Of a stretch of DNA of 20,822 nt, positions 8,272 to 16,028 are shown piece after piece (position 1 is the stretch's first letter; every line of letters begins with the position of its first letter). The translations under genes and the position numbers were made by a program. Source of the stretch: Candidatus Zixiibacteriota bacterium (GTDB lineage: Bacteria; Zixibacteria; MSB-5A5; WJJR01); contig JAVHPP010000015.1 of assembly GCA_036170655.1 (NCBI GenBank), positions 1 through 20,822 on the forward strand, in the 5' to 3' direction. The notes under the pieces are model-generated. The model saw only the letters and a list, made by a program, of their open reading frames with translations, did not search any database and had not been told where the DNA came from.

Positions 8272-9279
8272 ATGACCAGAATCCGAATCCGATGGCAGAT
8301 GATTGTCCACGCGGGAGTCGTGCTTGTCGCCGTCGTCCTCGCTGGGAATGGGACGGCGCGGGCTGCCAATGATGGCGGCTACGCTGGCTCTCCCGTGCAA
8401 TGGGGCGTGGGCGCGCGTGCGGTGGCGATGGGTGGTGCCTACACGGCGTTGGCCGAGGGCGCAACCGGCTTTGCCTGGAACCCCGCCGGAATTACTCAGA
8501 TTCGACGGAATGCTGTCGAAGCGGCCTGGCGCACGATGAGCTTCGACCGGCGGGCCGGGTATCTGGCCTTTCTGCATCCGTTCAGCAGGGAAGAGGCAGC
8601 GATGGCCTTCGGCTGGGTCTATTCCGGTGTGGGCAACTTGTACGAGATCGATCTCAACGGAACACCGGGTGGCCAAATCTCCGACTACACCAATGCGGCC
8701 ACCTTCACGTTTGCACGCCGTTTCACCCCGGCCCTGGCGCTTGGCGTCAATCTGCGTTACGTCCAGCACAACATCGCCAACATCAACGCCTATACCGTCG
8801 GCTTTGATCTCGGTGCTCACATCCGTTTGGGGATAGACCGCAAAGCCGGTGAAGGGAATATCCCGGTCTCCCGGGTTCGTCTCGGTGTCGTAATCCAGCG
8901 GATCAATCAGAAGTACCCATGGAATACCAGCAAGTACTGGGTCCATCAAAACGAGACAGGCGGTAGCTCATTCGATGAACGTTTTCCTCTGATTATTCGG
9001 ACCGGCGCCGCTGTGAATCTCTGGCGGGAACGGGCGTTGATCTCGGTTGACGGCGAGTTTAGCGACAAGCAGGCGGCCCGTCTCCATGTCGGCGGCGAAG
9101 GTCGGCCATATCCAACGCTGGCATTGCGTGCGGGCCTCGACGGCCGCCATTTGACCTTTGGCGCGGGGTTTGAACCACATCTGCAGAAAGGACTGGATCT
9201 CCTGCTGGATTACGCGTTCGCCGCGCAACCGGGGCGAATCGACGCAGAACATATCTTCTCCCTGGGAATTCGTTTCTGA
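8272..9279 (+). CDS. PorV/PorQ-family (UPF0164, FadL-like) outer-membrane beta-barrel, copy 1
   Basis: Signal peptide; family N-terminal motif GVGARAVAMGGAYTALAEG......WNPAG; alternating beta-strands; LALRAG, DYAF; ends in H.FSLGIRF with a terminal Phe. Confidence 0.85.
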   Translation: MTRIRIRWQMIVHAGVVLVAVVLAGNGTARAANDGGYAGSPVQWGVGARAVAMGGAYTALAEGATGFAWNPAGITQIRRNAVEAAWRTMSFDRRAGYLAFLHPFSREEAAMAFGWVYSGVGNLYEIDLNGTPGGQISDYTNAATFTFARRFTPALALGVNLRYVQHNIANINAYTVGFDLGAHIRLGIDRKAGEGNIPVSRVRLGVVIQRINQKYPWNTSKYWVHQNETGGSSFDERFPLIIRTGAAVNLWRERALISVDGEFSDKQAARLHVGGEGRPYPTLALRAGLDGRHLTFGAGFEPHLQKGLDLLLDYAFAAQPGRIDAEHIFSLGIRF

Positions 9280-9283
9280 GACG

Positions 9284-9314
9284 CACCGTTCACGGTGGAT
9301 CGTTCACGGTGAAC
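9284..9314. repeat. Short direct and inverted repeat between the two PorV-like genes
   Basis: CGTTCACGGTG occurs at 9287-9297 and 9301-9311. The region also contains CACCG-ttca-CGGTG and GTTCAC-g-GTGAAC inverted repeats. Confidence 0.5.
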
Positions 9315-9377
9315 CGCCGCCCTTTCGTCCGAGTCTACCCGGTTGTGTCGGAGGCTGGACCGTCCGATGACTTGATC

Positions 9378-10319
9378 ATGAGAAACAGATCGAACAATTG
9401 TCCATCCCGCACTGCCGCAACCCGTCGCTGGGGTCTGGTCCTTGCGCTGGGTGTCTTGACGCTGGCCGAGCAAAGCGTGGCCCAGTCGGCGGCGCGCCTT
9501 CCCGCCGGATTACGTTTCCTGACAATCGGGAGCGGCGCCAGGGCTGTCGGGCTGGGCGAGACGATGGTTGCGGATGGGTCTGATCCATTCGTGATCGAAT
9601 ACAACCCGGCCGGACTGGCGTCAATCGGCCATTTCACTGCCGCCTTTGCACACAGCGCCTTCTTCCAGGATACACGGGGAGAGTACATCACGGTGGTGGT
9701 TCCGGCAAGAGGCTGGTCGTGGGGCGCCCGCATCGGATATATGGGGACTGATAACATTCCCCGGCGTACAGAACCATCCGAGCAACCGCTGGGTTTCTAC
9801 GGCGCTTCGGACGGTGTGTTTCAAGGCGCTATCGCCCGGAAGATCAACGAACAGATCTCGGCGGGGCTGTCGGCTGCTTATGTGCTGGAGCACATCGATG
9901 TCAATACTGCCCAAGGGGCCATGTTTGGCTTGGGCCTCCGTTTTCGTCAGGGCGAACGCCTGACCTTCGGCGCCGCGTTCGCGAATTTGGGACCTCAGGT
10001 GCGCTTTGTTGAACGGAAGTTCCGCATGCCTGACCTGTTTCGTTTCGGCGCAACCTGGCGGGATGAACTCGGCACCTTGCGCGCCGAACTGGTCGCCTTG
10101 GACAATGAGAATGCCAAGTGGAATCTCGGCGTCGAAGCCACCCCGAACCCGCGTCTGTCCATCCGCGCCGGACTGAGACTCGGGTACGATACTCAGGTTT
10201 TCAACGCTGGCCTGGGCGTGCATACCGCCGACGGCCGCTTCAGCGTCGATTACGCCTTTGCCCCCTACAATAACGATCTCGGCAGTACCCACCGCTTCGG
10301 CTTGAGTGTGCGCCCCTGA
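9378..10319 (+). CDS. PorV/PorQ-family (UPF0164) outer-membrane beta-barrel, copy 2
   Basis: Signal peptide from ATG 9378 (…RRWGLVLALGVLTLAEQSVA/Q); FL.IGSGARAVGLGE...A...D.....YNPAGL; NLGP; LSIRAG; DYAFAPY.NDLG.THRFGL. Confidence 0.87.
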   Translation: MRNRSNNCPSRTAATRRWGLVLALGVLTLAEQSVAQSAARLPAGLRFLTIGSGARAVGLGETMVADGSDPFVIEYNPAGLASIGHFTAAFAHSAFFQDTRGEYITVVVPARGWSWGARIGYMGTDNIPRRTEPSEQPLGFYGASDGVFQGAIARKINEQISAGLSAAYVLEHIDVNTAQGAMFGLGLRFRQGERLTFGAAFANLGPQVRFVERKFRMPDLFRFGATWRDELGTLRAELVALDNENAKWNLGVEATPNPRLSIRAGLRLGYDTQVFNAGLGVHTADGRFSVDYAFAPYNNDLGSTHRFGLSVRP

Positions 10320-10390
10320 CATCGGGAGCCGCCGCGATTCTTTCCGCATGCTGTTTTCCACGTCCCTCAGTTGGGCTGATTCCTTTCTGA

Positions 10391-10418
10391 TTGACGAGTG
10401 TCTCCCTGTCGGGTTAAT
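10391..10418 (+). promoter_or_regulatory. Possible sigma70-type promoter upstream of the DUF6754 cluster
   Basis: TTGACG at 10391-10396, 16-bp spacer, GTTAAT at 10413-10418. If real, the true start is downstream of the GTG at 10398. Confidence 0.25.
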
Positions 10419-10472
10419 AGCGACATGATCCGTGATGGTCGCCGTGCGCGCCAGACCGCCAGACGATACCCG

Positions 10473-11354
10473 ATGTTGAGCCGCCTCAGCGCTTCGGTGA
10501 TCCCCGTCGCGGTCATGGCCGGTTGCGGACTGATGCCAGCGCTCGCCCAGTCGGCTGAGTCTGCCCTCGCCAAAGAAACCGGATGGTTCCAGGCCGCGCG
10601 TCTCCCTGAACTCTTAGGGATTGCTCTCTCGGCATTGGCGATCTGGGCGGCCATCCGGCTGGACCGGCGTGGACGGATCCCGAAGTTGCGGTCGCTTCCG
10701 GGGCTGGACGCCATTTCTGATGCCTTGGGTCGCGCCACCGAACAGGGGGCGCCAGTTGTGTATGTGACCGGATGGGGAGGCGACATGGGCCGCCCAACCA
10801 CGATGGCGTCGATGACGATCTTGTCGGACGTGGCGCGTCGGGCCGCGGAGTACAACTGCCGCTTGCTGTTTCCCTCTCATGATCCGGTTGTCGCATCGGT
10901 GGCGCAAGAGACCGTGGCACAGGCCGCGGTTGCCGCCGGACGCCCGGACTGGTACCGCGCCGACGATGTGACCTTTGTCTCACAGAGCCAGCTCGGATAC
11001 GCCGCGGCTGTTGACGGACTAATGGTGCGCGAACATCCCGGAGCGGTCTTTCTCCTCGGGACGTTTGAGGGCGAGGCGCTGATTTTGGCCGAGACTGCGC
11101 ATCAGACCGGCGCGGTCACCATCGCGGGGACGGATTCGACCATCCAACTCTCCTTCTTTTTGGTCGCCTGTGACTACACGTTGATCGGAGAAGAACTTTT
11201 CGCGGCCTCGGGGATGGTATCTCGGGACCACACGGCCATCGCTTCGGTGCAGGCACAGGACTGGTTGAAGTATGTGGTCATCGTGTTTCTCCTCGTTGGC
11301 GCCGGACTGCTGGCGACAATGCACTTCGATTTGTCCTGGTGGATCGCCCGCTGA
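10473..11354 (+). CDS. DUF6754 domain membrane protein (maximal ORF from 10398)
   Basis: Signal-peptide-like start (…MPALA/Q), TM helix, then LR.LPGLDAI..ALGRATE.G.PV....G.G, GRPD, F....Q..YAA.V.G...RE, G.F..EALILAE, IAGT....QL.FF...CDYTLIGEELFAAS, QDW.K and a C-terminal TM helix. These match my recollection of DUF6754. Confidence 0.8.
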   Translation: MLSRLSASVIPVAVMAGCGLMPALAQSAESALAKETGWFQAARLPELLGIALSALAIWAAIRLDRRGRIPKLRSLPGLDAISDALGRATEQGAPVVYVTGWGGDMGRPTTMASMTILSDVARRAAEYNCRLLFPSHDPVVASVAQETVAQAAVAAGRPDWYRADDVTFVSQSQLGYAAAVDGLMVREHPGAVFLLGTFEGEALILAETAHQTGAVTIAGTDSTIQLSFFLVACDYTLIGEELFAASGMVSRDHTAIASVQAQDWLKYVVIVFLLVGAGLLATMHFDLSWWIAR

Positions 11355-11363
11355 AAGACAATC

Positions 11364-11984
11364 ATGAAGGACAGACTGGCGATTCTCACCGCTTCCGGGT
11401 TCGGTTCCTTCATGGCCGTTCAGTACTTTCTCACCGCTCCCGTTGCGAATGCGGCCTATCGTGCCATCCTCGGCTGGATCCAGATTGTTTTTGCCGTCGC
11501 GCTGGTTGCCGGCGTCATCTCCGTTGTCCGTTTGCACCTGAAGCAGTTGGGACGTCGTCGCAATCAGCGTGTGTATTCCGCGACACTGCTGGGCGGAGCG
11601 GCGTTGATGACGATTCTCGGTTTTGCGGGCGGAGTGGAACAGGGGTCGCCGTTTCTGTGGATTTTTGAGCACTGGCAGGCGCCGATGCAGTCAACCGTAT
11701 TTTCGCTCCTGGCATTCTATGTTGCGTCGGCGGCGTACCGGGGATTTCGCGCCCGGTCTGCCGAGTCCGCGGCACTTGTGGTCGCAGCGCTGATCGTCCT
11801 GCTCGGCCGGGTTCCGATCGGTGAGTGGCTGCTGCCATTTCTGCCATCCTCGGCTGACTGGATTCTCAATGTTCCGGCGCTGGCCGCCAAGCGTGCTGTC
11901 CTGATCGGCATTGGTCTGGGCATGGTCGCGACGTCACTCAAGGTGATCGCCGGCATCGAGCGATCGTATCTGGGGGGACGGTGA
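11364..11984 (+). CDS. Uncharacterised integral membrane protein (about 6 TM), DUF6754-cluster subunit
   Basis: 206 aa, hydrophobic; motifs P.QST.FSLLAFY.ASAAYR.FRAR..E...L, LLGRVP.G, W....P..A..RA..IG..LG, GIER.YLG. Starts 9 bp after the DUF6754 stop. Confidence 0.8.
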   Translation: MKDRLAILTASGFGSFMAVQYFLTAPVANAAYRAILGWIQIVFAVALVAGVISVVRLHLKQLGRRRNQRVYSATLLGGAALMTILGFAGGVEQGSPFLWIFEHWQAPMQSTVFSLLAFYVASAAYRGFRARSAESAALVVAALIVLLGRVPIGEWLLPFLPSSADWILNVPALAAKRAVLIGIGLGMVATSLKVIAGIERSYLGGR

Positions 11985-11988
11985 GCAC

Positions 11989-12810
11989 GTGATCAAGACA
12001 CGCCGCTGGATCTTCGCTGCCATGGCTCTGGCGGTCACCACCGCGCTTGTGTTTCGACCGGGTCTGCCGGTCTCTATTACGCCGGAGACACGCCATGTCT
12101 TCGGCGTGATTGACTCACTCGCTCCGGGTTCGGTGGTCATGATTTCCTTCGATCACGAGGCATCAAGTCTCCCGGAGATCGGTCCTCTGGGCAGCGCCAT
12201 TGTCGAGCATTGCTTTCGTCGGGGTGTTGATATTGTCGGGCTGGCTCTTTTCTCCGAGGGGACGGCGGCCGGATATGATCTTCTCTCACGGCGGGCTAGC
12301 GTACTGGGTCGCGTTTACGGATCCGATTGGATCTATCTGGGATTTCGTCCGCAATACACGGCGGCGATTCTGGGTATGGGGGAGAGCATCGCCGGGGTAT
12401 TCAGCGCCGATTACAAAGGGCAGCCGCTGGGGTCGACGGCCTTGGGGAAGCGTGTCCGTGACTATCGCGACATCGCTTTGGTTGTCTCGCTGGCCGATGG
12501 CTCGATGCCCACCTACTGGGTGGAGTATGCGCAAGCACGGTATCACGAGAGAATCATCGCCGCCGTTACGGCCGTCATGGTGACCTCGTATGTTCCGTAC
12601 ATCGAATCGAGGCAGTTGGAAGGGATTGTCGCTGGTCTGAAAGGGGCCGCCGAGTACGAGCAACTCCTCGGTCACCCCGGCGCGGGCATGCGCGGGATGG
12701 ATGCGCAGTCCGCGGCGCATGGGCTCATCGCCATCCTGATTGTTGCCGGCAACTGGCAGGCGTGGCGTCTGCGCCGCAAACGCAGGACGATGGAGGGGGC
12801 TTCCTCATAA
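11989..12810 (+). CDS. Uncharacterised membrane-anchored alpha/beta-domain protein, DUF6754-cluster subunit
   Basis: 273 aa, GTG start after GGGGGGA. N-terminal TM, soluble domain (SFD......PE..P, YG.DW.YLGF.P, F..DY.G, Q..G...GLKGAAEYE, MDAQS.AH), C-terminal TM ending in GN and a basic tail. Confidence 0.8.
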   Translation: MIKTRRWIFAAMALAVTTALVFRPGLPVSITPETRHVFGVIDSLAPGSVVMISFDHEASSLPEIGPLGSAIVEHCFRRGVDIVGLALFSEGTAAGYDLLSRRASVLGRVYGSDWIYLGFRPQYTAAILGMGESIAGVFSADYKGQPLGSTALGKRVRDYRDIALVVSLADGSMPTYWVEYAQARYHERIIAAVTAVMVTSYVPYIESRQLEGIVAGLKGAAEYEQLLGHPGAGMRGMDAQSAAHGLIAILIVAGNWQAWRLRRKRRTMEGASS

Positions 12811-13406
12811 TGTCTTGGGAGATCTCCATCACGGCCATACTGACACTGGCCATATACTCATTCCTGGCGGGTGACAATCCCTTCTATCGCTTCGCTGAGC
12901 ATCTTCTCGTTGGCCTGACGATCGGCTACACACTGGTGGTGACAGTCAAGTCGGTTATCTGGCCCGAAGCAATTCAACCGATTGCGCGCGGCGAGGTTGG
13001 CGCCGCCATTCCGCTGGTTCTGGGTGCGTTGATCCTGTTGCGATTGATCCCGCGCTGGGCGGGCTGGTCGCGGATTCCGTTGGCGCTGATTGTTGGCGGT
13101 GGGGCGGGGGTGGCCATTCCGGCCATGCTGAAGGCCCGTGTCCTGGATCAGATGGCCGCGACCGTCGCCGGAGCGAGTACCTGGAGCGGATGGTTCATTC
13201 TCATTGGTGTCGTGACCACGCTGACTTATTTCGTTTTCACGCGGGCGCAGACGGGCGGATGGGGAACCAGCGCCCGTCTCGGCCGGTATTTTATGATGGC
13301 GTTCTTCGGTGCGACCTTTGCATACACGGTCATGTCGCGGGTCGCACTGCTCATTGGTCGACTGGAGTTCCTGTTGGGAAACTGGCTGGGGCTGTTGCGC
13401 TCATGA
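12810..13406 (+). CDS. Uncharacterised integral membrane protein (about 6 TM), DUF6754-cluster subunit
   Basis: ATG overlaps the previous stop (TAATG) with GGAGGGGG upstream; 198 aa; motifs LTL.IYSFL..DNP.YRFAEH..VG...GY, L.YF.F, GR.FMM..FGA.F..TVM.R..LL.GR..FL..WLG. Confidence 0.82.
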   Translation: MSWEISITAILTLAIYSFLAGDNPFYRFAEHLLVGLTIGYTLVVTVKSVIWPEAIQPIARGEVGAAIPLVLGALILLRLIPRWAGWSRIPLALIVGGGAGVAIPAMLKARVLDQMAATVAGASTWSGWFILIGVVTTLTYFVFTRAQTGGWGTSARLGRYFMMAFFGATFAYTVMSRVALLIGRLEFLLGNWLGLLRS

Positions 13407-13428
13407 GATCGGGATCCTCTCAGGTATC

Positions 13429-13569
13429 ATGATCTGTCCACGCTGCAAAACGGCGATGGCGGAGGAGAAGCGCACCTTCCACAAGCAGCGGAAGTGGATC
13501 TGTCCGGCCTGCGGCAGGATTCGCTTCCAGAAGGTGTTGCGATCCCCGACGCGCCGCAAACGCCGGTAA
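13429..13569 (+). CDS. 46-aa basic zinc-ribbon microprotein
   Basis: MICPRCKTAMAEEKRTFHKQRKWICPACGRIRFQKVLRSPTRRKRR. Two CxxC knuckles (CPRC, W.CPACG), AGGT upstream, fills the gap between neighbours, stop 6 bp before the DUF72 ATG. Confidence 0.65.
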   Translation: MICPRCKTAMAEEKRTFHKQRKWICPACGRIRFQKVLRSPTRRKRR

Positions 13570-13575
13570 AGTTGT

Positions 13576-14346
13576 ATGACACAAATCCGCATCGGCACAT
13601 CGGGCTATTCATTCCCAGACTGGGTGGGATTGTTCTACCCGACGGGAATTGAAAAAGGGAAGATGCTGGATTTCTATGTGCAGCACTTTCGGAGCGTGGA
13701 AATCAACTCGACCTACTACCGCATCCCCCATCCGGTGGTGATGCGCAACATCGAACGCAAGACCCCGCCCGATTTTGAGTTCATCATCAAGACCCACAGT
13801 TCGTTCACGCACGAGAGAGGCAACATCGAGGCCCCGACAACAGAATTCCTCTCGTCCCTGGAGCCCATGGCAGAGAGCGGGAAACTCAAGGGACTTCTGG
13901 CGCAATTTCCCGGATCGTTTCATTTCAGCGAATCTCATTTGGACTATGTGGTCAGCGGTTCGAAACTCTTCGGAGGCCTTCCCTTGTTCGCTGAATTCCG
14001 TCACGACAGTTGGCTGAATCCCCTCGTGAAGCCAGCTTTGCAGGGATCGGGTGTGGGATACTGCAATGTCGATCAGCCGGCGCTGCCGCATCTCATGCCT
14101 GCTGAAAGCGCCGTCACCACCGATGTTGGCTATATCCGCATGCATGGACGCAACGCACAGCATTGGTGGACCGGCGGCCCGCTCCGTTATGATTACTCGT
14201 ACACGGACGAGCAACTGCGCGAGTGGGTCAGACGGCTCGACGAACTGCGTCAGAAGGCGCAAAAGATCTATCTATTCTTCAACAACTGCCATCTGGGCCA
14301 GGCTGTCAGGGATGCACAGAGAATGCAGGCGCTTCTAACCGAGTGA
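13576..14346 (+). CDS. DUF72 (YecE/YunF-like) TIM-barrel protein
   Basis: IGTSGYS..DW.G.FYP, VEINSTYYR.P, F.IK....FTH, LAQFP.SF, EFRH.SW, NVDQP, YIRMHGRN, YDY.Y...L.EW, FFNN...GQA. Confidence 0.93.
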   Translation: MTQIRIGTSGYSFPDWVGLFYPTGIEKGKMLDFYVQHFRSVEINSTYYRIPHPVVMRNIERKTPPDFEFIIKTHSSFTHERGNIEAPTTEFLSSLEPMAESGKLKGLLAQFPGSFHFSESHLDYVVSGSKLFGGLPLFAEFRHDSWLNPLVKPALQGSGVGYCNVDQPALPHLMPAESAVTTDVGYIRMHGRNAQHWWTGGPLRYDYSYTDEQLREWVRRLDELRQKAQKIYLFFNNCHLGQAVRDAQRMQALLTE

Positions 14347-14471
14347 CTTATGCCGGCCAGAGCCACGCTGCTCTCCATAGTCTTAACTTGCTCTAATGAT
14401 CTGGACTCCGAAGGCCGAAACCATGAATAGGGACCGTGCGCAAACCCCGGCAATGATTTTTGAGATTCCTG

Positions 14472-14500
14472 TTGCGGGGCGGAGAGACGGGTGTTAGGTT
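14472..14500 (+). promoter_or_regulatory. Possible sigma70 promoter with extended -10 for the peptidase S11 gene
   Basis: TTGCGG at 14472-14477, 17-bp spacer, TAGGTT at 14495-14500 preceded by TGn. Confidence 0.4.
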
Positions 14501-14554
14501 CTTGGCGCGGCTGGCGCAGGGGGCGCCATCCGCTTCGCGTTTTTGGAAGGCAAT

Positions 14555-15493
14555 ATGCTGAAACCTCGAGTTGTGGCTTGGTCCGGAAGCAGTCTTGTCT
14601 GCTTGGCCGTGCTTTTCGGCACGACGCGGGAGTTGATCACTTCCCCCAATGTATCCCATGAAATACAGGCCTCGGTTTCCCCCGCTCCCCTCTGGGCTGA
14701 CCATGTCGCTCAACCCGTGCCGATCAAGGGGCGGGCGCCCGCGATGCGTTGTGAGGCAGCTCTGGTGATCGACAACACGGCTGAAGAGGTTCTCTACTGC
14801 CAGAATGCGCTGGCCAGACGCCCGATCGCCTCCCTCACCAAGCTCCTGACGGCCCTGGTGTTCCTGGAATCCGGCGTTAGCCTTGACAGCGTGGTGCAGT
14901 TGACAAAGGAAGATGCTTGGGAGTCGAGCCGCTCACGTCTACATCCCGGAGATAAACTGCTGCTCCATGACTATCTCTATGCGGCGCTGGTCAGCTCCGA
15001 CAATCGCGCGGCACGTGTGCTCGCCCGTTCCGCGGGCATGGCGCCGGAAGCATTTATTGCGCGAATGAACGACCGCGCACATGCCTTGGGGATGGACTCA
15101 ACGCGGATCATCGAGCCGACCGGCCTGTCTCAGGAGAATGTGTCGACAGCCCGCGACTGCGCCCTGTTGCTCAATGCGGCTTTGAAGAATCCGTTGATTC
15201 GCGAAATCACGACGACCCCCGAGACAACCGTTCAATGTGTCAACCGTCGTCGGCTTTACCATTTGGTCAACACCAACCGTTTGTTGCGGAGCGGCTTTCA
15301 ATTCGTGGGTGGTAAGACAGGATACATCGACGCGGCTGGCTGGTGTATTGTCGCCCGGAGCGCCGCACCTGATGGGCGAGATGTCACGGTTGTTGTGCTC
15401 GGCGCGCCATCCAATTCCAATCGCTTCCGTTCCTTGCGCAATGCCCTCTCGTGGGTCCAGACTCTGCCCCGGTCGCAAGGCGCCGGATCATAG
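14555..15493 (+). CDS. Peptidase S11 family D-alanyl-D-alanine endo/carboxypeptidase (PBP7/PbpG-like)
   Basis: SxxK (PIASLTKL), SxN (SSDN.AA..L), KTG (GKTGYI..AG.C), EPTGL...N.STARD, NTNRL. Hydrophobic N-terminus; GGAAGG RBS before ATG 14555. Confidence 0.9.
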   Translation: MLKPRVVAWSGSSLVCLAVLFGTTRELITSPNVSHEIQASVSPAPLWADHVAQPVPIKGRAPAMRCEAALVIDNTAEEVLYCQNALARRPIASLTKLLTALVFLESGVSLDSVVQLTKEDAWESSRSRLHPGDKLLLHDYLYAALVSSDNRAARVLARSAGMAPEAFIARMNDRAHALGMDSTRIIEPTGLSQENVSTARDCALLLNAALKNPLIREITTTPETTVQCVNRRRLYHLVNTNRLLRSGFQFVGGKTGYIDAAGWCIVARSAAPDGRDVTVVVLGAPSNSNRFRSLRNALSWVQTLPRSQGAGS

Positions 15494-15501
15494 GAATCAT
15501 C

Positions 15502-15777
15502 ATGGCCGGTGACAACGAGCAGACCCCTTCAAGTCCCGGTCCTGCTGATCGCCAGGCCGAAATCTTCGACGAAGACCACCTCGAATTTGAAGATCTCCTG
15601 CTGTCTCTGCACAAGAAAACCGACCAACTGGCCGCACAGGTCAGAGTACTGACGCAGTACGTTTCCGACGCCCGTGCGGAAGCGCTTGAATCGCACGAGA
15701 TGCTGGAAAACCTTCAAGCTAAAGTCGATCATCTTACCTCGATCCTCGCCGCGTGGCCGGGCGATCGTGTGGAATAA
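15502..15777 (+). CDS. Small acidic coiled-coil hypothetical protein (91 aa)
   Basis: AGGA RBS overlaps the upstream stop; heptad-like Leu/Val pattern (LHKKTDQLAAQVRVLTQYV...MLENLQAKVDHLTSIL). Confidence 0.65.
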   Translation: MAGDNEQTPSSPGPADRQAEIFDEDHLEFEDLLLSLHKKTDQLAAQVRVLTQYVSDARAEALESHEMLENLQAKVDHLTSILAAWPGDRVE

Positions 15778-15918
15778 CTGGCGCCGTTTCGCGCATTGTC
15801 AGGTATGACGGCCAGTTTGACCCCGGATCGATTTCTGCAACTCCTTGTGCCAAGGCGAATTCGAAACGGGGATCGGGGGAAAGAGATTCGCGCTCTGCAT
15901 GGTGCATTGTCTTTGCCC

Positions 15919-15947
15919 ATGACACGGTTCCGATCAATTTGTATAAT
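15919..15947 (+). promoter_or_regulatory. Near-consensus sigma70 promoter of the degP/degQ gene
   Basis: ATGACA at 15919-15924, 17-bp spacer, perfect TATAAT at 15942-15947, about 80 nt upstream of ATG 16029. Confidence 0.7.
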
Positions 15948-16028
15948 TCGGGCGGCCAACAGGCATCGCGGAGGCGAGCGTGGTATCTGAGTCTCCTCCG
16001 CTGGCAGGAACAGGGAAAGAGGATCACC

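Noticed and set aside
14410..14455. c-di-GMP-I (GEMM)-like words (GGCCGAAACC...GGGACCGTGCGCAAACC) upstream of the S11 peptidase
   Set aside because: Matching requires insertions in the conserved core, and I could not build the GNRA-capped P2 stem or a P3 stem.
15776..15819. Possible terminator after the coiled-coil gene (AACTGGC...GCCAGTT)
   Set aside because: The loop is long and irregular and the T run is short; too weak to call.
15753..16028. 92-codon N-terminal extension of DegP in the ORF track
   Set aside because: It overlaps the upstream gene and contains a near-consensus promoter; ATG 16029 has a good RBS and is followed by a TM helix.
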